The position numbers were made by a program, and so were the translations under genes. The notes under the pieces are model-generated. The model saw only the letters and a program-made list of their open reading frames with translations, did not search any database and was not told the origin of the DNA. From assembly GCA_002269645.1 (NCBI GenBank), contig NIVC01000568.1, positions 124,001-188,000 on the forward strand: a stretch of DNA of 64,000 nucleotides, in the 5' to 3' direction. This DNA is from Macrostomum lignano (taxonomy: Eukaryota). This document shows positions 11,601 through 22,975 of the stretch, one piece after another (the stretch's first letter is position 1; every line of letters starts with the position of its first letter).

Positions 11601-13100
11601 ACAGTAGCTAAACCATCTGACACAGTAGCTAAACCATCTGACACAGTAGCTAAACCATCTGACACAGTAGCTAAACCATCTGACACAGTAGCTAAAACCA
11701 TCTGACACAGTAGCTAAAACCATCTGACACAGTAGCTAAACCATCTGACACAGTAGCTAAAACTACCTGACACATCAGCTAAAACCACCTGACACATCAG
11801 CTAAAACCATCTGACACAGTAGCTAAACCATCTGACACAGTAGCTTAACCATCTGACACAGTAGCTAAACCATCTGACACAGTAGCTAAACTATCTGACA
11901 CAGTAGCTAAACCATCTGACACAGTAGCTTAACCATCTGACACATCAGCTGAAACCACCTGACACATCAGCTAAAACCATCTGACACAGTAGCTAAACCA
12001 TCTGACACAGTAGCTAAACCATCTGACACAGTAGCTAAACCATCTGAAACAGTAGCTAAACCATCTGACACAGTAGCTAAACCATCTGACACAGTAGCTA
12101 AACCATCTGACACAGTAGCTAAACCATCTGACACAGTAGCTAAACCATCTGACACAGTAGCTAAGCCATCTGACACAGTAGCTAAACCATCTGACACAGT
12201 AGCTAAACCATCTGACACAGTAGCTAAACCATCTGACACAGTAGCTAAACCATCTGACACAGTAGCTAAACCATCTGACACAGTAGCTAAGCCATCTGAC
12301 ACAGTAGCTAAACCATCTGACACAGTAGCTAAAACCATCTGACACAGTAGCTAAACCATCTGACACAGTAGCTAAACCATCTGACACAGTAGCTAAAACC
12401 ATCTGACACAGTAGCTAAACCATCTGACACAGTAGCTAAACCATCTGACACAGTAGCTAAACCATCTGACACAGTAGCTAAACCATCTGACACAGTAGCT
12501 AAGCCATCTGACACAGTAGCTAAACCATCTGACACAGTAGCTAAACCATCTGACACAGTAGCTAAAACCATCTGACACAGTAGCTAAAACCATCTGACAC
12601 AGTAGGGAAACCACCTGACCACCTGACCTGACACAGCTCTCACCGTCGGTGTAGGTCACAAAGAACAGGCCGGAGTCGCCGTCCTCGCACTTGATGTCCA
12701 GGCAGAGACCAGTGCCGAGGCCGCTGTTCAGACCGGTCACCTCAACCTCCTCCCTGTTCAGTCGGCCCCTCAGGTAGCAGTCCACTTGTACTTTAATTTT
12801 AAACTGTCCGCCGCCGGAGGAAGCGTCTTTGATCACGTGACTAACAGTGCCGATAAAGACCAGATTGGCGGTCAGGTAGCGAGCGGCTACCAGCGTGTCT
12901 CTGGTGCTCTTGGAATCGCCAAATATGACAGTCAGACTCTTGAGCTTGTAGCAGCCGCTCAGTCCGTACTTGGCCAGATCGAACATCTGCTGCACCTGAG
13001 GGTAGGCACAGCGGCTGGCTCGCTCGGAGCTGGCCGGCTGCCAGATGCCAGCCGCAGACAGCGAAATCACCAACAAAACGATGCCAGACTGTGTGGCCAT
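7870..13100 (-). CDS. Secreted agrin-NtA-like (TIMP/OB-fold-like) domain protein with a GPI-signal-like C-terminus; ~320 aa model
   Basis: Exon 1 13100-12644 has a signal peptide (MATQSGIVLLVISLSAAG) and NtA-like motifs VFIGTV..KIKVQVDCYLRG..VEVTGL..C..GDSGLFFV; donor G|GTGAG. Exon 2 11068-10706 follows in phase (CAG|AT). Exon 3 10007-9974 and exon 4 7978-7870 (SFMYGKGGSRVRPMTLPAAAAAVVSIFSLMWLARCH*) are phase-consistent but less certain; exon 2 could instead read to a stop at 10692. Confidence 0.7.
8105..8275. repeat. 21-bp minisatellite (TACTCAAGTGAGGTACATGAG)
   Basis: About 8 copies, inside the putative last intron of the NtA-like gene. Confidence 0.95.
9250..9572. repeat. GA-rich ~20-bp degenerate repeat
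   Basis: GGGGAGAGGTAGAGAGAGA-type units. Confidence 0.9.
10044..10692. repeat. 35-bp minisatellite (GGTGAGATTTAGGGCATCCATTTCTCCTGTCGCAG)
   Basis: GGTGAG recurs at 35-bp spacing (e.g. 10326, 10361); about 18 copies. Confidence 0.95.
11067..12600. repeat. 21-bp minisatellite (CATCTGACACAGTAGCTAAAC), ~73 copies, filling intron 1 of the NtA-like gene
   Basis: Direct inspection; single-base length variants shift the frame. Confidence 0.98.
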
Positions 13101-13308
13101 GATGAGCTCACGATCGCCTCTCTCTGTGTCTGCGTGGGAGATGGATGCGTGTTAGGGGGGAGCAGAAGTGCTAAGGTTTGTTAAATAACTGGCTCCGGCT
13201 ACAGTGGAGAGGGGCGCCTGGGGTTGGGGGGATCAGGGAGAGAAAATCGCCCAGTTTGTTTGGTCCACGTCTTCCGCCTGCAGTCAATGGCTGCACGTGC
13301 CGGTCTGC

Positions 13309-13345
<37 letters not shown>

Positions 13346-13571
13346 GCCTCCCAGCTCACCCACCCACTCACACGCACGTCAATGCCGAGGCGACGAGAGA
13401 GAAAGAGGGAGGAAGGCAGAGCCGGCACTTTTACGGAATGGGGGCTTGAGGGCGTGTATGGGCTGATGACGATTGGCGGGCACAGTGAGTGGCATGGCTC
13501 GTATTTATTGTGTCCTGGCAACAATCAGCCTCTTGTGTCTGCCTCTTGCAATGCCTAATGGCAAGAATGTG

Positions 13572-15172
13572 CAGTGTCTATCATCAAGCATCAATCAGTC
13601 ATGTGTCTATCGTCAAGCATCAAGCAATCATGTGTCTATCGTCAAGCAATCATGTGTCTATCATCAAGCAATCATGTGTCTATCGTCAAGCAATCATGTG
13701 TCTATCATCAAGCAATCATGTGTCTATCGTCAAGCAATCATGTGTCTATCATCAAGCAATCATGTGTCTATCATCAAGCAATCATGTGTCTATCATCAAG
13801 CAATCATGTGTCTATCGTCAAGCAATCATGTGTCTATCATCAATTAATCATGTGTCTATCATCAAGCAATCATGTGTCTATCGTCAAGCAATCATGTGTC
13901 TATCATCAAGCAATCATGTGTCTATCGTCAAGCAATCATGTGTCTATCGTCAAGCAATCATGTGTCTATCATCAAGCATCAATCAGTCATGTGTCTATCA
14001 TCAAGCATCAATCAGTCATGTGTCTATCATCAAGCAATCATGTGTCTATCGTCAAGCAATCATGTGTCTATCATCAATTAATCATGTGTCTATCATCAAG
14101 CAATCATGTGTCTATCGTCAAGCAATCATGTGTCTATCGTCAAGCAATCATGTGTCTATCATCAAGCAATCATGTGTCTATCGTCAAGCAATCATGTGTC
14201 TATCGTCAAGCAATCATGTGTCTATCACCAAGCAATCATGTGTCTATGGTCAAGCAATCATGTGTCTATCATCAAGCAATCATGTGTCGATCATCAAGCA
14301 ATCATGTGTCTATCATCAAGCATCAATCAGTCATGTGTCTATCATCAAGCATCAATCAGTCATGTGTCTATCATCAAGCAATCATATGTCTATGGTCAAG
14401 CAATCATGTGTCTATCATCAAGCAATCATGTGTCTATGGTCAACCAATCATGTGTCTATGGTCAAGCAATCATGTGTCTATCATCAAGCAATCATGTGTC
14501 TATCGTCAAGCAGTCATGTGTCTATCATCAAGCAATCATGTGTCTATCGTCAAGCAATCATGTGTCTATCGTCAAGCAATCATGTGTCTATCATCAAGCA
14601 ATCATGTGTCTATCAGCAAGCAATCATGTGTCTATCATCAAGCAATCATGTGTCTATCATCAAGCAATCATGTGTCTATCATCAAGCAATCATGTGTCTA
14701 TCGTCAAGCAATCATGTGTCTATCATCAAGCAATCATGTGTCTATCATCAAGCAATCATGTGTCTATCGTCAAGCAATCATGTGTCTATCGTCAAGCAAT
14801 CATGTGTCTATCATCAAGCATCAATCAGTCATGTGTCTATCATCAAGCATCAATCAGTCATGTGTCTATCATCAAGCATCAATCAGTCATGTGTCTATCA
14901 TCAAGCATCAATCAGTCATGTGTCTATCGTCAAGCATCAAGCAATCATGTGTCTATCGTCAAGCAATCATGTGTCTATCGTCAAGCAATCATGTGTCTAT
15001 CGTCAAGCAATCATGTGTCTATCGTCAAGCAATCATGTGTCTATCGTCAAGCAATCATGTGTCTATCATCAAGCAATCATGTGTCTATCAGCAAGCAATC
15101 ATGTGTCTATCATCAAGCAATCATGTGTCTATCGTCAAGCAATCATGTGTCTATCATCAAGCAATCATGTGC
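13572..15172. repeat. 22-bp minisatellite (CAATCATGTGTCTATCATCAAG)
   Basis: About 70 copies with occasional longer variants; the 350-575 aa ORFs here are repeat artefacts. Confidence 0.98.
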
Positions 15173-15962
15173 CTAAAATGGTCAAATTGTCACCTGTCTA
15201 TGAGAAGTCTATGTGATAAAGCTTCAGTAATTTGAAATTATACAACGCTAATTTGAATTCAATATTTAATTCAATCAATTTCCAGGGTCCCTATTAATGT
15301 ACTCAACTATTTAAACTTCTACGGTTTTAAGGCTAACACTAATTTTTGCAAAATTAGTCATCCCTTGCAAAAAATGAAAGAGAGCCTTTGATCTGTTTCA
15401 ATCGAACTAGTTTTGAGCCAGTTGCAGCTAACTGCAACCTGTCCGGAATTGCGGCAGTACATGGCTTGCGGAATTCCTTGCTAAGGCAGTACGGTAGGAT
15501 ATTCCTTACCTGTAGATAAGGTATCCTGATTATAACCCCCCTAAGCCTGCATATATTTCTACTGGACCAAAGAAACTTCTAGAATCGATCGTCACTTCCT
15601 TGGCAGGTCTTCTATCGGCTCTACAGAGGGGCTTCCATTCCTGTGGGAGGGCGCCCTGCCCGGGGAGCTGGGAGGTATGGATAGGGTATGACCTGGGGAT
15701 TATAGGCCTTTGGGCGCGGTGATTGATGGCTCATGGGCTTAGCCAAGCATGCATGCAGCAATTTGTGCGTGCAACCAGGTGCGACACATCTCCTCGCATG
15801 CGCGCACGGCTAGGGTCAAGCCTTGCAGCAAGGCCTCGGGCCTGATACAATTCTGGAGGGGAACTCCATCACCCCAGGCAGCGGATAATAGGCCCAGTGT
15901 AAAACTGGTTGATGGATTTGATCTCAAACCAATGCGGTTGCCATTTACATGGATATCGGCGA

Positions 15963-16568
15963 GGGCTAACCCTAACTTTAACCCTAACCCTAACAATAAC
16001 CTTAAAAATAACCCTAACAATAACCCTAACAATAACCCTAACAATAACCCTAACAATAACCCTAACAATAACCCTAACAATAACCTTAACAATAACCCTA
16101 ACAATACCCTAACAATAACCCTAACAATAACCCTAACAATAACCCTAACAATAACCCTAACAATAACCCTAACAATAACCCTAACAATAACCCTAACAAT
16201 GACCCTAACAATAACCTTAACAATGACCTTAACAATAACCCTAACAATAACCTTAACAATAACCCTAACAATAACCTTAACAATGACCCTAACAATAACC
16301 TTAACAATGACCTTAACAATAACCTTAACAATGACCTTAACAATAACCCTAACAATAACCTTAACAATAACCCTAACAATAACCTTAACAATGACCCTAA
16401 CAATAGCCTTAACAATGACCCTAACAATAACCTTAACAATGACCCTAACAATAACCTTAACAATGACCCTAACAATAACCTTAACAATGACCCTAACAAT
16501 AACCTTAACAATGACCCTAACAATAACCTTAACAATGACCCTAACAATAACCTTAACAATGACCCTAA
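15963..16568. repeat. Telomere-like 12-bp tandem repeat (TAACCC-TAACAA)n
   Basis: Begins with TAACCCTAAC units, then (AACCCTAACAAT)n with CCTT and TGAC variants. Confidence 0.95.
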
Positions 16569-17749
16569 CTCTTTAACCCAAATTTATAAGCACGGAATAA
16601 GCTACAAATATTTCCCAATTTGTACACATCCTGAAGCTGAATACAATCCACTTCGGTAACAAAGCAGATTTACGACTACCGACGCTATATCTTTATGGTA
16701 AATAACTTTAGCAACTATAAGTTTAATTATAATTTGTTTAAATCTGTGCATTAACTTTGTAAAAAAATTTAATGGCGGCAAAGAACATTACATAAGTTGA
16801 AAAATGAAATTTTGAAGTAAGTAATTATAAATGAAGAAAAATTAGATTCTGTAAATGAAGTCGCTAACTCAGAGATTCTAATGTACACAAAATTTGGTCA
16901 ACAGGATGTCTCAGTTTGTACATGCATCTGGCGCACTCGGAAATTAATATAAAAAATGTTGATTAAAATACGCATACTTTTCTGCATCAATCCAAATCTC
17001 GAAGTTTGTGAGAACGTATCTCATTTATTTTTCGTCGTTCTTTCTTTAAAGTTCGTTAGCAAAATATTTTTTGAGGCATATCAATCAATACAAACTGTTA
17101 CTTCCACTTGTTACCGAATCGGGCATCATTTCTTAAGCTACTGGGAACAAAGACTCAAGTCAAAGTTTTGCATTGCATATGCGATTCAGAACAGCGTTCT
17201 TCGGTCTATTTTCCACAGCGATTGATTGCGCAACGCAACGCAGAGTGACGCCCCGGGGTGACTCAACGCAACGCTATCGATTAGTAATTTTACTTTACTT
17301 CAAACTTGAAAATTTAAACAAATGTCTCGCATCTTCCAACATGTGCTACTGAATCTAGTAGTACAGTGTGCAAGGCTACGGATTAGACTGACAGATACCC
17401 CTCCAGATTGTAAGATCTCTGTTAATATTTGCGTTAAGAAATTTTCTGTGTCAATACAGCTTTCTTCTCAAAGTATGCTCAAACACTATGCTCTACCGTA
17501 TTTGCTGTGCTCAAATATTTTTACCAACTGAACAATTTTCAGCAACGGTTGAAAGAGGTGAAAATAACAAAAAACTTGCCAAAAATCACCTGCAGCTAAG
17601 TTACAAAATTATTTCGCATCTGGGATCCTCAGTTTTAGCGGATGGAGAATATCTGGTCTCAGCATTGAAATTCAGATCTCTCACAGAAAGTGTAAGAGAT
17701 TTAGTCAAATATTATCTAATATCTAATAATTTGGGTGGGAATATCTAGT

Positions 17750-18650
17750 CACAGATAACGTGGGATATCTAGTCACAGAAAATATAGAATATCAAGTCAC
17801 AAATAATAAAGGATATCAAGTCACAAATAATATGGGATATCTAGTCACAAATAATATAGGATATCTAGTCACGGATAATGTGGGACATCTAGTCACGGAT
17901 AATGTGGGACATCTAGTCACAGATAATGTGGGACATCTAGTCACAGATAATGTGGGACATCTAGTCACGGATAATGTGGGATATCTAGTCACAGATAATG
18001 TGGGACATCTAGTCACAGATAATGTGGAACATCTAGTCACAAAATACGGGATCTCCACTCACAGAATACGGGATCTCCAGTTACAGAATACGGGATCTCC
18101 AGTTACAGAATACGGGATCTCCAGTCACAGAATACGGGATCTCCAGTCACAGAATACGGGATCTCCAGTTACAGAATACGGGATCTCCAGTCACAGAATA
18201 CGGGATCTCCAGTTACAGAATACGGGATCTCCAGTCACAGAATATGGGATCTCCAGTCACAGAATACGGGATCTCCAGTTACAGAATACGGGATCTCCAG
18301 TTACAGAATACGGGATCTCCAGTCACAGAATATGGGATCTCCAGTCACAGAATACGGGATCTCCAGTTACAGAATACGGGATCTCCAGTCACAGAATACG
18401 GGATCTCCAGTTACAGAATACGGGATCTCCAGTCACAGAATACGGGATCTCCAGTTACAGAATACGGGATCTCCAGTTACAGAATACGGGATCTCCAGTT
18501 ACAGAATACGGGATCTCCAGTTACAGAATACGGGATCTCCAGTTACAGAATACGGGATCTCCAGTCACAGAACACGGGATCTCCAGTCACAGAACACGGG
18601 ATCTCCAGTCAATACGGGATCTCCAGTCACAGAACACGGGATCTTCAGTT
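17750..18650. repeat. Two abutting minisatellites: 24-bp (ACATCTAGTCACAGATAATGTGGG), then 22-bp (CAGAATACGGGATCTCCAGTTA)
   Basis: The switch is at ~18040; the 22-bp array ends at the GPCR stop codon. Confidence 0.95.
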
Positions 18651-18656
18651 CAGAAT

Positions 18657-20252
18657 TTAGCGCTGGGAACCAGAGGCTCCCTGGCTCCCATTGCCCGGCT
18701 GTCTGCGGTAGCCGCAGGAGAACAAAAACTGCCGATACGGCGGATAGATAAGAAAGTACACAATAGGATTAGCGGCGCTATTCACAGCCACCAGGGTGAC
18801 GCCCAGGAGTTTGACCCAGCTGCCCTCGGCGTATTCCACTATGCCCAGCTCTGACAGCACGAACAGGCAGTTGTCAGGCCCGTTGGACAGCACGAACACG
18901 GCTGACACAGCCACGGTGCCGAGGCTCAGCCTGTTAACCAGCTGGGACCTGTCTGTGGCTTGCCGGCGCAGCGACACCAGCAGGCAGGTGTTGATGCCCA
19001 CCAGCAGTGCCGCAGGCAGCAGGTACACGCCGCTGACCCAGGCGTAGGAGTAGTACACGTACCAGCTTGGCGAAATGCGCACGCAGCCAATCAGGCCTTC
19101 TGGCCCCTCCAGCGGGAATCTGGCAAAGCAGACGGGCGCCGCGGCTCCCGCGCCGAGTAAGATTAGCGCCGCGATGCCCGCGCCAGCCGATCTGAGATGG
19201 TTGAGATTGGCGCAGAGATTGATACGCTGACAGGTTGATGCATTGATACAGGGGCGACGGAATAAAAGTAAGGGAGCGTTATAAATAACAAATCTAGGCG
19301 CCAACTCTAGGACTGGGGGGGGGGGCGCCAACTCCTGTACCAATGGGGGGCCAACTCTAGGACCGGGGGGGCGCCAACTCTAGGACCGGGGGGGCGCCAA
19401 CTCTAGGACCGGGGGGGGCGCCAACTCTAGGACCGGGGGGGGCGCCAACTCTAGGACCGGGGGGGGCCAACTCTAGGACCGGGGGGCGCCAACTCTAGGA
19501 CCGGGGGGGCGCCAACTCTAGGACCGGGGGGGCGCCAACTCTAGGACCGGGGGGCGCCAACTCTAGGACCGGGGGGGGGGCGCCAACTCTAGGACCGGGG
19601 GGCGCCAACTCTAGGACCAGGGTAGGGGCGCTAACTCTAGGATTCCGAGGTGCGCCAACTCCAGAACTGAGGGGCGTCAAGTCCAGGGCTGAGGGGCGTC
19701 AACTCCAGGGCTGAGGGGCGTCAAGTCCAGGGCTGAGGGGCGTCAAGTCCAGGGCTGAGGGGCGTCAACTCCAGGGCTGAGGGGCGTCAAGTCCAGGCCC
19801 GGGCGCGGAGACGCCCAGATTTACTTGGCGCCGCCCAGCCGCCTGTAGGCGAAGGGCCACCGAACTGCGGCCAGGCGGTCGGCGCTGACAAACGTCAGCA
19901 CGAAGGCGCTGCCGGCCACTGCCGACCAGTAGGCGACTTTGCTGCGCCACAGCCGGCACAGAAGCCAGTGCGAGGCTGTCGCCAGCCCCTCGCCATCAGC
20001 CGGCACCCAGGCCGGAGCCGAGGTCAGGCCCAGCAGCGCCGAGGCTGCCATCAGGCAGACCAGCAGGTCAAGGCAGGACAAGCCAGACTGAGTAACTCGA
20101 ACTCGACTGGCTGCCGAGCTCGAGCGGCAGTGGAAAGTCACGTAGGTCACGTGACCGATGACGCCCAGAGTTAGAATGATCAGCTGGACAATTTCGCCAG
20201 GTGTAAGGTGCGGCCGCTGCCACCAGGTGTTTGACTGGCTGGTTTCATTCAT
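18657..20252 (-). CDS. Divergent class A (rhodopsin-like) GPCR, 2 exons, ~320 aa
   Basis: Exon 1 20252-19825 (MNETSQ..., TM1-3, SADRLAAVRWPFAYR), donor AA|GTAAAT. Exon 2 19191-18657, acceptor CTCAG|A, in frame (TM4-7, NSAANPIVYFL = NPxxY). N-terminal NET sequon; Cys at the top of TM3 and in ECL2. Confidence 0.9.
19303..19798. repeat. Two minisatellites in the GPCR intron: ~24-bp GGCGCCAACTCTAGGACC(G)n and 22-bp GTCAAGTCCAGGGCTGAGGGGC
   Basis: Direct inspection (19303-19625 and 19670-19798). Confidence 0.95.
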
Positions 20253-20434
20253 TTTTATGGGGGTGCGGAGAGAAGATCGATCCATTTTTTCACTTTAAGT
20301 CCGGAGCTTTTGTAGCATTTTTAGAACGTCTTTTAATTGGTTGGATGGATTTTTTCTGGTGTGATAATCTTCTGCCAATAGAAGCATTCTGTCTGCTGGT
20401 GGGGAGATTGATAGTCTGAATTGACTGACAAATT

Positions 20435-21460
20435 ACAGAATGACAGACTGACAGAGTGACAGGCCAAAGACTGACAGAGTGACAGACCAAAGACTGACAG
20501 AGTCACAGGCCAAAGACTGACAGAGTGACAGGCCAAAGACTGACAGAGTGACAGGCCAACAGACTGACAGAGGTGACAGGCCAAAGACTGACAGACTGAT
20601 ATTATAACAGATTACAGAATGACAAGCCAACAGACTGACAGAGTGACAGGTTGACAGATTGACTTGATTGACAGAATAACAGACTTACACAGTGACAGAC
20701 TTACAGAGTGACAGACTTGCAGAGTGACAGACTTGCAGAGTGACAGACTTACAAAGTAACAGATGGACTGACATACTGACAAGGTGACAGAGAAACAGAG
20801 TGACGGTTTGACAAAGTGACAGGTTGACAAAGTGACAGGTTGACAAAGTGACAGGTTGACAAAGTGACAGGTTGACAAAGTGACAGGTTGACAAAGTGAC
20901 AGGTTGACAAAGTGACAGGTTGACAAAGTGACAGGTTGACAAAGTGACAGGTTGACAAAGTGACAGGTTGACAAAGTGACAGGTTGACAAAGTGACAGGT
21001 TGACAAAGTGACAGGTTGACAAAGTGACAGGTTGACAAAGTGACAGGTTGACAAAGTGACAGGTTGACAAAGTGACAGGTTGACAAAGTGACAGGTTGAC
21101 AAAGTGACAGGTTGACAAAGTGACAGGTTGACAAAGTGACAGGTTGACAAAGTGACAGGTTGACAAAGTGACAGGTTGACAAAGTGACAGGTTGACAAAG
21201 TGACAGGTTGACAAAGTGACAGGTTGACAAAGTGACAGGTTGACAAAGTGACAGGTTGACAAAGTGACAGGTTGACAAAGTGACAGGTTGACAAAGTGAC
21301 AGGTTGACAAAGTGACAGGTTGACAAAGTGACAGACTTACCGAGTGACAGACTTACAGAGTGACAGATTGACTGACAGACTGACAGAGTGACAGACTGAC
21401 AGAGTGACAGACTGACAGACTGACAGAGTGACAGACTTACAGAGTGACAGAGTGACTGAC
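20435..21460. repeat. GACA-derived composite array: 23-bp units, a homogeneous 16-bp core (TGACAGGTTGACAAAG) and degenerate flanks
   Basis: The 16-bp unit is essentially perfect from ~20810 to 21330. Confidence 0.95.
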
Positions 21461-21481
21461 TTAGAAACGGGGGGAGGTGCC

Positions 21482-21698
21482 TGTTTTGTTTGAGGAACGC
21501 CAATGCAAGTCAATGAATTATGGTAGTTTGAAATTAAGCTATATTTTAGCGGCAGCGCGCTCCTAGGGTCTTGTGCTCCTAAATGAAAAGATTCGAAGCT
21601 TAGCAAACAAAGGAGAGTACCGTATCGCGTCGCATAAACCATAGACTATTTTCGAAGTAAAAGTCTATACTTTGCATTAGCCATAGCAATACGCAACA
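21482..21698 (-). repeat. 3' LTR (217 bp)
   Basis: No difference from 25666-25882 on base-by-base reading. Confidence 0.98.
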
Positions 21699-21747
21699 CC
21701 CCCACCGATGCTTATACAGTGCAGTTCAAAGTTACGCCTCAAGCAAT

Positions 21748-22975
21748 TCAGAAATAAGTTAATCGTTCCGGAGGTCGCCTGACTCGCGTGCTCCTACGGA
21801 ACTCGAGCACACCGTGTTCCTTGTGCCTAGGCGACTGCATTGCATGGCGCATTGGACTTGTGGTAGCACTGTCTTGGCACGTAGTTGCATCAGTATTACG
21901 AGGGGTGATCCCAGACTGCTTCGAATCATCAATCGGTAGTTCCTCTGTACGAGCAGTAGCATCGGACTGGTGCACTAGTCGTCCTTCTGCGTCTCGGAAA
22001 GTATTTGTACCAACTGTAGACTTCAGCTCAGAGGGGACCCGTTGCTCCTTGTGCTCCACACGCACGAAAACAGGAACTGGCTCTTGAACCGGCCTCGTCC
22101 TCTCTGTACAAATGGCTGATAGACGTGTTCGGGGCGACTGCTGAAACACCAGAAGTGCCGGAATTGATCCATTGCAGTGAGGAGTCGTATTCTGAAACAG
22201 GCAGAATCCTGCTAAATGCCTTTCCAGCTCAGAAAGATTGGCACCAGCGTTTAACTTTCTTAAATAAAACTTCAATTCTTCAATGACTCTCTCCACCTGA
22301 CCGTTGGACTGATGATGTCCTGGGGGAGTAAGTGTGTGGTCGATGCAGTTCTCTCGCAGGAAAGTAACGAAATCTTCTGCCACAAAAGTTCCACCATTGT
22401 CCGAAACCAGATTTTTCGGCAATCCGGTATACTTGAACGTTTTTCTCAGCGCACTGATGACAATGGATGCTTTCATTGACGGCACGGACTGTACATCTAC
22501 CCATTTTGAAAATGCGTCAACCAGGACAAGGAAGCGTTGAACTTTGAAAGTAGCGATGTCAACGTGAACTCTCTCGAAGAAACTTTTTGTCTCCGGCCAT
22601 GACGACAGATTTGCATTGCTTCTTTTCCTAGCATGTAGCTGGCATTGAACACAACGTTGAACGAATGCATTGATTTGAGCATCTATGTCGGGCCACCAGA
22701 AGTACTGTCTGGATAGACGTAGCATCCTCACGATGCCGGGGTGGTCCTCGTGAAGCATCTGAAGAATTTCGCTTCTCAGGCTAGAGGGTGGGACGATGCG
22801 CAATCCTTTGAAAATCACTCCGTTTTGGAGTGTGTATTCCAACTTATTGCGTGAATATGGCAGCATAGCTGGTGGTGGATAAGCAGGCCAGCCGTCTTGA
22901 ATGTACTTCTTGAGCATGTCCAACTTGTAATCTTTAGTTCGCACGATCCTCTGCAGTAGCTGTTCGGGTTTCCGA
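21748..22975 (-). CDS. Integrase portion of pol, in the -1 frame relative to gag-RT-RH
   Basis: HHCC (HEDHPG...CVQC) and DDE (VHVDIA, VSDNGG, QVERVIEE); basic tail RRSTRVRRPPERL. This frame is open upstream to a TAG at ~23044. Confidence 0.92.

Noticed and set aside
10044-12600. CRISPR-like appearance of regularly repeated 21-35 bp units
   Set aside because: The units are head-to-tail with no unique spacers, there are no cas genes, and the context is eukaryotic and spliced.
13473-15235. Long ORFs of 350-575 aa, and similar repeat ORFs at 16098, 20612, 29187, 38189, 48339 and 60147
   Set aside because: They are translations of stop-poor tandem repeats open in several frames; several lie inside introns of well-supported genes.
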